64,000 nucleotides of DNA from a virus (IMGVR_UViG_3300033487_000003:18900-82899), one strand, 5' to 3'; numbered from the stretch's first letter, positions 39,101 to 48,293 are shown. The notes: generated by a model not told the origin, from the sequence alone. Translations and numbers: made by a program.

Positions 39101-39694
39101 AATTCGGTTCGCGAAAAAATCGGTGCCGTCACGGATTTTGTTCGCGGACTTCCTGGTCGGATCATCGCAGCTGTAGGTAATCTTGGAAGTCTTTTGTACA
39201 ATGCTGGTCAGAATGTGATCAATGGCCTTATCGATGGTATAGCGTCACGAATAGGGGCATTGCGAGACAAGATGGCATCGGCTGCCCAGTCGATCAGAGA
39301 CCATCTGCCATTCTCACCCGCGCGGATCGGCCCACTGTCAGGACGGGGAGATCCCACCCTGTCCGGCGGTAAGATCATGACGATGATCGCGGGGGGTATG
39401 GATTCGAAGATTCCAGAGATCCTGTCCTCGATTGGATCGATAGCGGGTGCCATCTCTACCGGGCTGGCAACTTCTGGATCCATGGGGATGGCCCCGGTGT
39501 CTGACGTGCTTGGCGTGTCCCGTACCGCGCTGGCCGTCGCTAGTCCTGGTGGCGTTGGTGTCCCGGGTGCTGAAAGGACGACGCTCACCTATCAGATCAC
39601 GGTCAACAGCCTTGACTCACGAGGGGCCGCCACCGCTGTCGTGGACGCGATCAAGGAGTACGAGCGACGTAATGGTAAAGGCTGGCGCACATGA
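36116..39694 (+). CDS. tape measure protein (TP901-family)
   Basis: T.FSATEAA.AM..LA.AG, GIKGDMAGTALR, periodic W/F helical repeats, FSPARIGPLSG. Confidence 0.95.
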   Translation: MAKTGEASILAVADVSKFAAQLQKDLNSAIAGIKLNADNLGKQISQGVKEGVDQANTELRRLGDQSGQTTNIITANSTRAGQSMAAAFSRVGSEMSGIGEQMSMFVSLPLAAAGAASARAAGNFEQMMNRVKAATEATGPVFEQLRQQAIDLGATTAFSATEAAGAMQILATAGFNTTQIMEAVPAVLDMAAAGAVDLATAAEIGSDILNGFGFEAKDLSKVNDVLARTFMATATNLVDLGNSFKYVGPIAKGVGLSFEETSAAIGLMGNAGIKGDMAGTALRGALSRLMSPTKDVTEVLTKLGISLTDSSGKMLPLVDIMRRLENSGASTADMLKLFGQEAGPGMMALLTQGSGALANLTTQLRNSGGTADKVAKTQMQGLNAQLDNLSGAVETLMIAIGDAGLLAVLTRVATKMTDLVGSMAQTSPVVLNVVTVIGALLAAAGPLLFITGKIAEAIGFLLPWIKKFGTAFKAFGTGAMAFFATPAGWVVLAIAAIVAAMVIAYKYSDKFRAFAQRAFVAVGNAGKWLWESALQPAFKGIVKGMQLLRQRVGQLWTVVRPIFTGLGRVLMAAWSGQIRPVLQGWAAGFVSAGARIRAFWISSVVPAIGAIVGWFRVLANVIRTWWAGNGDAVFSAARGVMTQVGGMIATIWSGVIAVFRAVGAVVGWVFTNVVIPVVKAVIAVIKLLIDVIIALKPVWIIIGAVIAVAVGVIIAVVRVLWAAFVWAFNAIAAVVQWLWGSVIKPVFSLLGVLIQGVAAVIQWLWTSVISPVVMLIATAIGVLGSVLIWLWSNVVVPVWNAIGAVISFVWTSIIMPVFNALRTAVGAVVAVFQWLWNTFSPVFAAIGNLMWTIWSGIISIVFDLIKVGFAVIWGVIQVWWTGFKMVLNALGAVFTWLWGVISPVFAAIGAVFVWLWNVAKMAIDGVGMTFAWLWGVVSPVISMISSALSWLWGVIVTIFNAVVMFVRSAITQIVTAANGVTAFVNAISGHFQAVVNSVREKIGAVTDFVRGLPGRIIAAVGNLGSLLYNAGQNVINGLIDGIASRIGALRDKMASAAQSIRDHLPFSPARIGPLSGRGDPTLSGGKIMTMIAGGMDSKIPEILSSIGSIAGAISTGLATSGSMGMAPVSDVLGVSRTALAVASPGGVGVPGAERTTLTYQITVNSLDSRGAATAVVDAIKEYERRNGKGWRT

Positions 39695-41058
39695 CATTGG
39701 TTCTGTTCGAGGACGCGTGTGAACCCGGGGTAGAGCTGATCGTAGAGCTAGGTCTGATGACTCCGACCAGTTCGTCTGCGATCTGGGACGTGTCTCTGTG
39801 GGACTCGGCGATATGGGGTACCGGCCCGGATCGAACGGATGTTTCTGCCTATGTTAGGTCGTTTGAGACGGATAGGTCTTTTTCGTCCGATATGAGAACA
39901 TGGAATGCCGGATCTGTTCGAATAGTGCTAGATAATCCTGACGGTAGATTCAGTCCGGACAACCTGGAACCAGGCGCACCTTATGTCGCCGCCGGATTAA
40001 GTGGTATGAGACCAGGTTGTCATATCTGGATATCAATGGTGTACAACGGAACAACCTATCCCATATTTTTTGGATACGTGACAGACCTCGACGAGGGATG
40101 GGCTCTGCACGGAATCAGCCCCAGCGACTGCAACACGAGCGACCCAGAACTCCTTGAACGAACCGGCGACGCCATCATGACGATCGTTGGAGTTGACGAC
40201 TGGGGACGGCTGGCACGCCAGAAGAAGCAACTTCCCGTAGCACCAATCGGCGCTGGGGACACCTTTGGACAGCGGGTCTCACGAATTCTGTCCGCAGCCG
40301 GCTATACCGGGCCGGTGACCCTTGGTCTAGGTGTCATCACATGTCAGGACACCGATCTTTCTACTGAGGTGGTCACAGAGCTCAACAAGGTTGCGCAAAG
40401 CGAGGGTGGGGCCATCTGGGACAATGTAGAAAATATTGTCGCCAAAGGTAGATACTCACTCATTGAGGAACCAAGATCGTCAACCGTGCAGGTTGCCTAC
40501 GGGGACAACCCAGATGCCGGAGAGATCATGTGGTCCGACATAAGTGTCGCTCCGGTCAGTGACGAAAAGATAATCAATCACGCCGTCTACGCACGATCGG
40601 GTGGAACACCTCAGGAATACAGAGATGCTACGAGCACGGTCCTGTACGGGGTGTGTGATGACGATAGTCAACCCACTGATCTGATCTGCGAAACTGATGC
40701 GCAGGTAGCGGGTTTGGCGCAGTGGAGAGTAATAGTCGGTAAGGACCCCGAAGCACGCATCGAATACATAGAGCTGAAACCACGGTGTGATCTTGCTTTG
40801 CTGGCGCCTCTGGTTCTGGAGACACAGATACGTGATCTCGTATCGGTAAGAGTCAGACCACCATCAGCTCAACATCACTACATGTATCGAGAATGCTTCA
40901 TATCAGGAATAATTTTTACTGTGGCACAAAATGATTGGACGGTAAGATTCGGTCTCTCTACCGCAACCGCATATCGCATCTACAGCAACAGTAAATGGGG
41001 ATCGGGAACATGGGGCGCCAATGATACCGATCAGACAGCGGCGAGGTGGTTCGTGTGA
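39691..41058 (+). CDS. minor tail / distal tail protein
   Basis: ATGA-coupled to TMP; WDVSLWD..IWG, LDNPDGRFSP. Confidence 0.75.
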   Translation: MTLVLFEDACEPGVELIVELGLMTPTSSSAIWDVSLWDSAIWGTGPDRTDVSAYVRSFETDRSFSSDMRTWNAGSVRIVLDNPDGRFSPDNLEPGAPYVAAGLSGMRPGCHIWISMVYNGTTYPIFFGYVTDLDEGWALHGISPSDCNTSDPELLERTGDAIMTIVGVDDWGRLARQKKQLPVAPIGAGDTFGQRVSRILSAAGYTGPVTLGLGVITCQDTDLSTEVVTELNKVAQSEGGAIWDNVENIVAKGRYSLIEEPRSSTVQVAYGDNPDAGEIMWSDISVAPVSDEKIINHAVYARSGGTPQEYRDATSTVLYGVCDDDSQPTDLICETDAQVAGLAQWRVIVGKDPEARIEYIELKPRCDLALLAPLVLETQIRDLVSVRVRPPSAQHHYMYRECFISGIIFTVAQNDWTVRFGLSTATAYRIYSNSKWGSGTWGANDTDQTAARWFV

Positions 41059-41399
41059 GTGATGAGTTAGGACGAGAGTTTCTTACGCCGGACATAGTAG
41101 TGTGGATTCATCCCATAAACACTACTGCACATCCGTCTTATCGTCCCGGATACCGCTGGGCGGTACACGCTGGCGGGAAAGCTCCATCAGACCTTCGATT
41201 CTGTTGCAATGCCGGACGTGAGGACACGTTGACGGAAGCACGGATCGTTGGGGAGTCGCATGGGGTCGCGGCGTGCAAGGCGACAAGAATACTGGGTGTA
41301 AGCGCGCGATATTTTGTGCGCGAAATCGGATGGGATCCCATACCGTCAGCAGCCGATGATATTCCACATGAAATATGGAAGGAGGGACCCTTGCCATGA
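41055..41399 (+). CDS. hypothetical protein
   Basis: GTGA/ATGA coupling. Confidence 0.6.
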   Translation: MSDELGREFLTPDIVVWIHPINTTAHPSYRPGYRWAVHAGGKAPSDLRFCCNAGREDTLTEARIVGESHGVAACKATRILGVSARYFVREIGWDPIPSAADDIPHEIWKEGPLP

Positions 41400-42061
41400 G
41401 TCTCATATCTGATGTGGTGGCGGGAACGGTCATCACGGTGTCGTGGGGGAACGCTATTCGCGATCAGGTGATCGCGACGTTTCCAGACGAGGCGACCAGG
41501 GACGGAAGTCTTGCCGCTACCGCCGGAAGATATGCGGATGTCGCAAGTATAAACTCTCTGACGCGAGGTAATGGCGCGACATGGGATATTGTGGCGTCGA
41601 AAAATCTGTTCGCTAGTCTTTCGGCAAGTGCTGCGGGCATATCGAACAATACTGTTCTTGCCAGTATCGCGGGTCTTTCCATTCCAGTTTTGGCTAATCG
41701 TGTATATCAGCTCTATGCGGATATTCTGTACGATGCAGCTGGTGGAGCTGGTGCGGCACAGATGAAAGCCGGATGGTCTGGACCGGCAGGAGCGACCATG
41801 GTATGGGACAACCTGGGTCCTGTGGTCAATGGTCCTGCCGGAGTCTCCGCAACTCCAACGTTTGACGTGTCTGCCATAACCGACGCGCGAAGCTTTGGTG
41901 CTGCCGGAGTAGGAACTCCGGTACACGTCATCATCAACGGACGACTTGTCGTAGCCGGAACAGCTGGAAATCTGGCTTTCCAGGCCGCACAGGTCGTATC
42001 ATCGGCCAATGTTACGACGATTCGTGTAGGCTCGTACATGAGTCTTGTCATGCTGGCATAG
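41396..42061 (+). CDS. minor tail protein
   Basis: WGNAIRDQV..F.DEA.RD N-terminus, beta-rich C-terminus. Confidence 0.65.
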   Translation: MSLISDVVAGTVITVSWGNAIRDQVIATFPDEATRDGSLAATAGRYADVASINSLTRGNGATWDIVASKNLFASLSASAAGISNNTVLASIAGLSIPVLANRVYQLYADILYDAAGGAGAAQMKAGWSGPAGATMVWDNLGPVVNGPAGVSATPTFDVSAITDARSFGAAGVGTPVHVIINGRLVVAGTAGNLAFQAAQVVSSANVTTIRVGSYMSLVMLA

Positions 42062-42070
42062 ACTAGCTCC

Positions 42071-43225
42071 ATGCTGCTGAAGAGAATGTGCTACGCCGTG
42101 GTACTTGCCACGGCGATGGCAACAACAGTGATGTTCTGTACGACACCCGAATTTGGTGCTAGTGCTGACACGCCGATGCCTCCCGTTTCAGGCGTTACCC
42201 TGTCTGGGCTCGACGCGCACGACGGAACCATCTACCAGGACGATTCCACGCTTTACCTGGTTGGCACACGGTACGGATGTGGCTACGAATGGCAAAACGC
42301 GAATTCGCCATTCTGCGGTTTTGGGGCGTGGGAATCAACGTCTGGAATAGGTGGTCCGTGGACGTACCGTGGGCTGCTGTTCGACCCGACCGGTATGAAC
42401 ACGACTCGGAACGAGCCGTGGAAGACCACGTGTAACACCGGCGGCAACGGATGTTTCAACCCCCGAATGGTCCAACGCCATGACGGGGTTTGGGTGCTCT
42501 ACTTCAACGCCCCCGCCGAGACGATCCGGGGCCGCGACGAGGCGTACTACGTGATGGGCTGCAACGGTCCTACCGGGCCGTGTGGTGCGTCAGCTGGTGC
42601 TCCGCACGGGTCGACGCGTCAGTTGCCAATGGGTGCCTGCAACATGGGAGGCGATTTTTCGATCATTGTCGATGGAGCCACCGCCTATCTGGCGTGCTCG
42701 TCCGGATCGATAACAATCGAACAGCTAGATTACTGGTGGACCACGGGTATCGCGAATCAGGTGACTGGCGCTGGTGCGGTACGCAATGTCTCGTACCTGA
42801 GCAATGCGGAGGCCCCAGGATTTTTCAAGGCCCCGGACGGCATGTGGGTGATGACGTACGGGGATCCGATGTGCGGCTACTGCGCTGGCACCGGGACGGC
42901 GTACTCGGTTGCACAGACTGCTATGGGCAATCCCACGCCGGCTACCAGCCCGCTGGGGGTGTGGCTGCCACCTGCGAACGTCGGGTGGGCCGCTCCGAGC
43001 AGCGGCCGACGCAGTATCTCTGGCACCTCCTGTGGTGGTCAGCCGCGTACCGTCGTCAGCGTTGACGGCCAGCCCTACCAGTGGATCGACCTCTGGTACG
43101 GATCCGCCAACGAGACCAACGCCAGCGTGCGCCTGGAGCCGATCGTGCTGACCGGACAGGCATGGCGCGCACCGGCTGACGGTCAGGTTTGGCGCGGCGC
43201 CATCCGCGCCTTCACCTGCGAGTAG
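42071..43225 (+). CDS. secreted GH43-like (five-bladed beta-propeller) glycoside hydrolase
   Basis: Signal peptide; DAHDG, FNPRM, GDFS, EAPGFF acidic motifs; many Cys. Confidence 0.7.
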   Translation: MLLKRMCYAVVLATAMATTVMFCTTPEFGASADTPMPPVSGVTLSGLDAHDGTIYQDDSTLYLVGTRYGCGYEWQNANSPFCGFGAWESTSGIGGPWTYRGLLFDPTGMNTTRNEPWKTTCNTGGNGCFNPRMVQRHDGVWVLYFNAPAETIRGRDEAYYVMGCNGPTGPCGASAGAPHGSTRQLPMGACNMGGDFSIIVDGATAYLACSSGSITIEQLDYWWTTGIANQVTGAGAVRNVSYLSNAEAPGFFKAPDGMWVMTYGDPMCGYCAGTGTAYSVAQTAMGNPTPATSPLGVWLPPANVGWAAPSSGRRSISGTSCGGQPRTVVSVDGQPYQWIDLWYGSANETNASVRLEPIVLTGQAWRAPADGQVWRGAIRAFTCE

Positions 43226-43235
43226 GGGGGGACGT

Positions 43236-44042
43236 ATGAGCTGGAGAGTCGCACGCAGTCTTGAGGTTCTACGCGATCAGATCAACGCTGCGTACCCGGG
43301 TCGGAATACGGCGTCGGATGGCACGATCGGGGACGCCGCCCACCAGGCCAGCGTCAGTGATCACAACCCGGACGCTGGCGGGGTGGTCCGCGCGTTGGAC
43401 ATCACCCACGACCTGGACAGCGGGTGTGACATCGACCGGCTTACCGACGAGCTGGTCGCGAGTCGTGATCCTCGGATCTCGTACCTGATCGCCAATGGCC
43501 TGATCACGGGACCGGACTACGGATGGGTATGGGATTCCTACGATGGATCGGATCCCCACACCAATCACTTCCATCTGTCGGTGGTGGGAGATGGGCGCGC
43601 GGACGATCCCCGTCCGTGGGATATCGCAACTGCCGTGAGCGTTCCGGGAAAGGATGATCGAGAAATGCGTACTTTGATGCGGTATAAGGGTAGTCCGCAC
43701 GTTTTCCTCACCGATGGTCTGATCGCCCGATGGATCAGGAATGAGGCAGAAATAGCCGATCTCCGCACACTCGGCGCGGATGGGTCCATCCGTCTCGGCA
43801 ACGGCGGTCAGGTGCGGATCGTCACCCGTGAGGAGTTGATCGGTCGCATCATCGGCCCTGTACCCGCTGAGTGGGAGGACTACGCCGATAGTCCCGTGAC
43901 CATCACCGATCAACAGCTCTTCGTGCTCGCTGCGGAGGTCGCAAAGGTACTGGGTGCGCGGATGGATGATGTGGACGGCATGGTCGGTCGGATTGTCTCC
44001 GCCCTCGTGGCGGCGGGTAATGCCGCTGGGACAGTGGAGTGA
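43236..44042 (+). CDS. endolysin (LAS/M15-like Zn peptidase domain)
   Basis: DGTIGD..H, SDHNPD, ALDIT, HTNHFHLS; precedes holin. Confidence 0.8.
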   Translation: MSWRVARSLEVLRDQINAAYPGRNTASDGTIGDAAHQASVSDHNPDAGGVVRALDITHDLDSGCDIDRLTDELVASRDPRISYLIANGLITGPDYGWVWDSYDGSDPHTNHFHLSVVGDGRADDPRPWDIATAVSVPGKDDREMRTLMRYKGSPHVFLTDGLIARWIRNEAEIADLRTLGADGSIRLGNGGQVRIVTREELIGRIIGPVPAEWEDYADSPVTITDQQLFVLAAEVAKVLGARMDDVDGMVGRIVSALVAAGNAAGTVE

Positions 44043-44290
44043 TCAAAGGCGGCTGGAAGTCGATCGTGTTCCTCGGAGCCATCGGTGCCGTCCTGGGATG
44101 GGAGATTTTCGCGTCCTGGGACGGCGACGAGACTTCCTCACCGTTGACCGATCTGATAGTGACCTACGTACCGGCTGAGGTCACCACGGTGATACTGGGT
44201 GGGCTGATCGTATGGCTACCGGTACATTTCGCGATTCGGTACTACAGGAAGACCCGAAGACAGCGGGACGATGACGTGGGCGGATCGTGA
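44039..44290 (+). CDS. holin
   Basis: Two TM helices, basic C-terminus, GTGA-coupled to endolysin. Confidence 0.7.
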   Translation: MIKGGWKSIVFLGAIGAVLGWEIFASWDGDETSSPLTDLIVTYVPAEVTTVILGGLIVWLPVHFAIRYYRKTRRQRDDDVGGS

Positions 44291-44328
44291 TTCGTGATTT
44301 GTGAAGTTTGATCAATTTCATGGTGAGT

Positions 44329-44369
44329 ACAGTTCGAAGGTCCGGCATGGTGTCGGACCTTCGAACTGT
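44329..44369 (+). terminator. long hairpin after lysis cassette
   Basis: acagttcgaaggtccg/cggaccttcgaactgt. Confidence 0.7.
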
Positions 44370-44386
44370 CAGGGGAGAATGTGACC

Positions 44387-44653
44387 ATGGCAAAATTCTT
44401 CGAGCGATTCGAGGATCGGCATCCCTCCGTTACTGGCGTGCTCCGATTCCTGGAGTTCGAGCACCTCGGGAATCCTGCGGCCCACGCGCTGTCGCGTGAG
44501 TTCGCGCGACTGGCTGAGCTACTACTTGAGGTGCTTCCTGACGATCCGGAGCTGAGCGCGACACTTCGTAAGCTCCGCGAGGCCAAAGACTGTGCGGTTG
44601 GATTGGTGGCTGTGGTGGATAAGTCTCGGGTGGAGAAGGACAGCGATGCTTGA
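44387..44653 (+). CDS. small helical-hairpin protein
   Basis: FEHL...SREFARLA...PELSATLRKLREAKDCAV. Confidence 0.7.
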   Translation: MAKFFERFEDRHPSVTGVLRFLEFEHLGNPAAHALSREFARLAELLLEVLPDDPELSATLRKLREAKDCAVGLVAVVDKSRVEKDSDA

Positions 44654-45062
44654 TGATCTTGTTGTGTGGTTGAAATTCCAGCTGGCCAGGGAAGAAGCCA
44701 TGGCCAGGGATGCGGGAGACGGAGACGCCGGACGCTGGAATTTCGAGACTGATAGTGGTGGTGGATGTGCGCAGATACGCAATGGCGTTGGGGACGTCGT
44801 TGTGTATGGCGAGGGCAATGCGACTGATGAAGAAGCCGCCCATATCGCATATCATGATCCACTTTTTGTCAGCAGTGATATTTCGGCCAAAAGACGAATC
44901 ATCATCCGCTGTCTGGAGGTGATCGAGACGGCGAGTGACCATCACACCGTCGAGTCGTGTGACGAGGATGATGCAGTCCTCGCCGAGGCCGTGCTCCGGG
45001 CACTCGCGTCGGCCTACGCTGATCGTCCCGGATATCGCGAGAAGTGGAGGCCGTGGTGTTGA
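44646..45062 (+). CDS. DUF6221-like protein
   Basis: DDLVVWL..QL..EE..AR, HDPLFV..DISAKRRII, LASAYADRPGYREKW. Confidence 0.75.
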   Translation: MLDDLVVWLKFQLAREEAMARDAGDGDAGRWNFETDSGGGCAQIRNGVGDVVVYGEGNATDEEAAHIAYHDPLFVSSDISAKRRIIIRCLEVIETASDHHTVESCDEDDAVLAEAVLRALASAYADRPGYREKWRPWC

Positions 45063-45141
45063 TGACCTGGTGGTGGCGCCGTGGAGACGTACATAATGCT
45101 ACGCTTGGGGGTAGTTATATGGTACGTTACCCCGTTAAATC

Positions 45142-46332
45142 ATGGTGATGATGATGGATCTCGCTGCTCGTGATGTTTCGTTTTTGAGGCGTGAGCTGAT
45201 CGACTGGCTCGATCAGCAGGGGGTGGACTGGTTTCATACGATGATCTTGATGGGACGGCAACAGATCCGGCCTGAAGGTCCACCCCGTCAGGTTGCCGAG
45301 TTTCTAGCGGCGTATGAGCGTAAGCGTCTTTCCGATGCGGATCTGTGGTTTGTCGATGGAGACACCTGCGACCTGGTGAATGCCGCGCATGAGTCGATGC
45401 CGCCTTTCGCTCCTGTTCCCAGTGATCTACCGTCGAAGTCTGGATTCGCCTTGTTTCGGCGTCCGGTCATGATCCGGGATCCGATCAGCGATGCGCGTAT
45501 TAAGGAAATCATTACCCGGTTGTCGCTGTTTACCGCTCACGTTGACGAGGCTCGCGTCATCGAGCAGGTGCACTATTTATCTGTTATGTCTGATGAGTCT
45601 GTGTCGAGTGTGATCGCGTCGATGTCTGCTGTCGCTGGCGGTGGTGATTCTCTGAAAACCGAACAACTCCGACAGGAGATCAGCAGAATTTGCAACGCCG
45701 ATGTTCACGCGACACACGAGAAACTCCTGAAGCAGCATGTGAAGATCGTGGGCGTGTCGTGGTCGCCAGCTCTTGTCAGTAAGGATCCTAGGTTTCCCGT
45801 CGGAGGGGTGTGGATGTCGTTTTACGCGGCATCGAACCTGCCCGAGGTGATCTCTGATGAGGGGGTCCTGACTCGGTACCGAGATCTGGTTCCGACGTTG
45901 ATGATCGACAACGAGGCGGTTATCCCCTGGTATCCCGGTGAGGGGGAGCGCTCCCCGTTCCTACTGCCGATGGATACGGCGACCACCTGGGGATGGGCGC
46001 GGTTGGTGTTCGGGGCGTTCCGACTTGGTGCGCAGCGTGGTCTGTGCGAGCGGGTGTCGCAGCGTACGGAGCGCGCGGAACGTCGTCGGACCCAGCGGGC
46101 CCAGTTGCCACCGCGAGACGTGACCGTGGTGCGGTTGCGGCGGTCACACCAATCGGAGAAACCTGGAGTCGGGGAAAAAACGAAGCATAGGTATAGGTAT
46201 CCGGTGCGTGGCCATTGGAGGTCACAGTGGTATCCATCGGTCGAGGATCATCGGCCGATTTGGATTGATCAGCATCTTCGGGGGCCGGAGGGCACGGAGT
46301 TGCGGGGTGGTGAGCGCGTCACGGTAGTATGA
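45142..46332 (+). CDS. hypothetical phage protein
   Basis: C-terminal VRGHWRSQW..IWI..HLRGP motif. Confidence 0.7.
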   Translation: MVMMMDLAARDVSFLRRELIDWLDQQGVDWFHTMILMGRQQIRPEGPPRQVAEFLAAYERKRLSDADLWFVDGDTCDLVNAAHESMPPFAPVPSDLPSKSGFALFRRPVMIRDPISDARIKEIITRLSLFTAHVDEARVIEQVHYLSVMSDESVSSVIASMSAVAGGGDSLKTEQLRQEISRICNADVHATHEKLLKQHVKIVGVSWSPALVSKDPRFPVGGVWMSFYAASNLPEVISDEGVLTRYRDLVPTLMIDNEAVIPWYPGEGERSPFLLPMDTATTWGWARLVFGAFRLGAQRGLCERVSQRTERAERRRTQRAQLPPRDVTVVRLRRSHQSEKPGVGEKTKHRYRYPVRGHWRSQWYPSVEDHRPIWIDQHLRGPEGTELRGGERVTVV

Positions 46333-46343
46333 GATCTCCACCA

Positions 46344-46393
46344 CTGACAGAAAGAGGACCACCTGGGATTCCAGGTGGTCCTCTTTCTGTCAG
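46344..46393. terminator. 23-bp perfect inverted repeat, bidirectional terminator at junction of rightward and leftward blocks
   Basis: ctgacagaaagaggaccacctgg-gatt-ccaggtggtcctctttctgtcag. Confidence 0.85.
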
Positions 46394-46400
46394 GGGAATG

Positions 46401-46742
46401 TCAGATGAGCTGTAATTCCTGTGCTGGTGGGTTTCGATGTGTGACATAGGTCTGGTTGGTGACGGATCGATACACGATCCAGGTCACGGGGTGTTCGGGG
46501 ACGTAGACGTCTAGGTAGAGAAGTTTGGCATAATCGCGGGCTGCACGCTCCTGGTGATGGTCGCTACCGGGGAAGTTGCGGCCTTCGCGGATGGGGCGTC
46601 CCCAGAGGTCGAGCATGGTGACACGGTAGTAGGTGTCGGTTCGGATTATTGTGATCTTGATTCCTGGACTGATATCGGCGGTGATATGGTCACCGACGTT
46701 CATACGAGCCTTCGGATTGGCCTCTCGGTTCGTGTCTGGCAT
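46401..46742 (-). CDS. hypothetical protein (leaderless)
   Basis: TATGAT 6 nt before ATG. Confidence 0.6.
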   Translation of the reverse strand: MPDTNREANPKARMNVGDHITADISPGIKITIIRTDTYYRVTMLDLWGRPIREGRNFPGSDHHQERAARDYAKLLYLDVYVPEHPVTWIVYRSVTNQTYVTHRNPPAQELQLI

Positions 46743-46787
46743 CACACCATCATATACCCATGGGTGATGTTCGGGGTGGCGTGAATA

Positions 46788-47045
46788 TCACCCATTCCGT
46801 TCGTGGTGTCGCGAGATCCGACGATAGACCATTCCTACGGATACCCCAAGTAGCTGGGCAACTTCGTTATAGGTGTACTGGGTGGCGAGTTCGCTGGTAG
46901 CGGCATCAGCTTCCGCTACCAGCCAGCCCCGGACCTTCGTATCCGCTAACAGCGCGCCTACCTTGACGCGCCATTCTGGGGGAAGTGAGGTGATGCAGGC
47001 TTGTAGGGCTTCCAGGTCGCGTAGGTGTTCGGGAGGTATCTCCAT
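46788..47045 (-). CDS. HTH DNA-binding protein (leaderless)
   Basis: YTYNEVAQLLGVSVGMVYRRI; TATGGT 6 nt before ATG. Confidence 0.7.
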   Translation of the reverse strand: MEIPPEHLRDLEALQACITSLPPEWRVKVGALLADTKVRGWLVAEADAATSELATQYTYNEVAQLLGVSVGMVYRRISRHHERNG

Positions 47046-47162
47046 GGATCAACCATAATCCATGGGTAACGTCTGATGGCGGGGGGTACCGGACAGTCAA
47101 AGATGATCTATACACTGTGGCGAGGTGCCATCTGGTACTGGTCACGGATGGCACCTCATCTC

Positions 47163-47735
47163 TCACTGGTTGTAGTGCAGCTCTGCCTCTTTGAAGGCGA
47201 GGTGTACGGTGTGCATCGTCGCGTCCGGAAGATTTCTGGTAGGTCCGTAGATTTCGTTGATCTGGTAGCCAGACCAACCGGACTCGCGCCGAGTGCATCG
47301 GATCGCCTCGGCGATGATGACTCCATGGTCGGGGGAAACGTCGATCTGGTAGGGGTTGCCCTCGCCGATGACGAGGACCCAGTGTCCATAGTTCGGATGA
47401 CGCTCGACGCGTGGCGCGGTATGAATCGGCGCGGTTCCCTCGATGCGCAGGAACGGATTGTCACCGGGGCGACGAGCCTGGTAGTTACGGATTCCTGCTT
47501 GGCGTCCGTACCGAGTGAAGTAGATCTCGAAGCAGTATCCGTTTTCGGCTGTGCGGAAGTAGGCGATTCGACGGGTGCGTCGGGTGCATGTTCCGGTATC
47601 GGGGTTCGGGACGTAGGCAGTCTTGAGGGAATAGATTTTGAGGATTTCGCCAGTTGTGCCCGTATCGAGAATGAAAAGTCGATTATGGTCTTTGTCGTAG
47701 GCGGTGACGGTTACGTTTTCGATCTTGGTTGGCAC
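47163..47735 (-). CDS. hypothetical protein
   Basis: GAGGAG RBS before GTG 47735. Confidence 0.7.
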   Translation of the reverse strand: MPTKIENVTVTAYDKDHNRLFILDTGTTGEILKIYSLKTAYVPNPDTGTCTRRTRRIAYFRTAENGYCFEIYFTRYGRQAGIRNYQARRPGDNPFLRIEGTAPIHTAPRVERHPNYGHWVLVIGEGNPYQIDVSPDHGVIIAEAIRCTRRESGWSGYQINEIYGPTRNLPDATMHTVHLAFKEAELHYNQ

Positions 47736-47771
47736 TGGTACTCCTCGTGAAGTAGGTGGTTCCAACCACAC

Positions 47772-47818
47772 AATAGTACGTCCCCCCGTAGGTTTCCACA
47801 ACGGGGGGACGTAGAAAT
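47772..47818. promoter_or_regulatory. palindromic promoter/operator
   Basis: TACGTCCCCCCGT..ACGGGGGGACGTA; - strand TTGTGG-N17-TACTAT. Confidence 0.75.
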
Positions 47819-47822
47819 CTGA

Positions 47823-48254
47823 TCAGACTGGGTCAGTCTGGCTGATGTCGAACACGTATGCCATCCGGAACATCTGCCGGACCTCTGTTTTCTTGCCCTG
47901 CTTGCCCTGCTCGCCCTGCTCGCCCTGCGGAGAGGTGTCCTTCGCGGCGGATCCGGAAATCTCGTACCTTCCGGCCGGAGCAAGGATCTGAATCCCGTGT
48001 TCTCCCTTGCGGACCCTACGTCCCTCGTCTTTCCAGCCGTGGATGCCTCGGACGATGGTCGCTTCTGGCATTTGCATGACGATCAGGAGGGCGTTACGTG
48101 CGCTGTAGTGGTCGAACCTAGCCGCGTATACCCCCCGCTGGGTTTCGTCAAGGGAGTCCGCGAAGGTCGTGTATCGCTCGGCCAGTGCTGCGACCTTTGC
48201 CGCGCGCTCTTCCATCGTGGTGGTACGGCGGGTACGGGTGGTGGTTTTGGCCAT
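47823..48254 (-). CDS. ArdC-like N-terminal ssDNA-binding domain protein
   Basis: YSARNALLI..Q.P.AT.V.G...W...GR.VRKGE.GIQILAP, VFDISQT. Confidence 0.8.
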   Translation of the reverse strand: MAKTTTRTRRTTTMEERAAKVAALAERYTTFADSLDETQRGVYAARFDHYSARNALLIVMQMPEATIVRGIHGWKDEGRRVRKGEHGIQILAPAGRYEISGSAAKDTSPQGEQGEQGKQGKKTEVRQMFRMAYVFDISQTDPV

Positions 48255-48293
48255 GGTGTCCTCCGACTTGGGCGGATTGGTTCCGACCATCTA

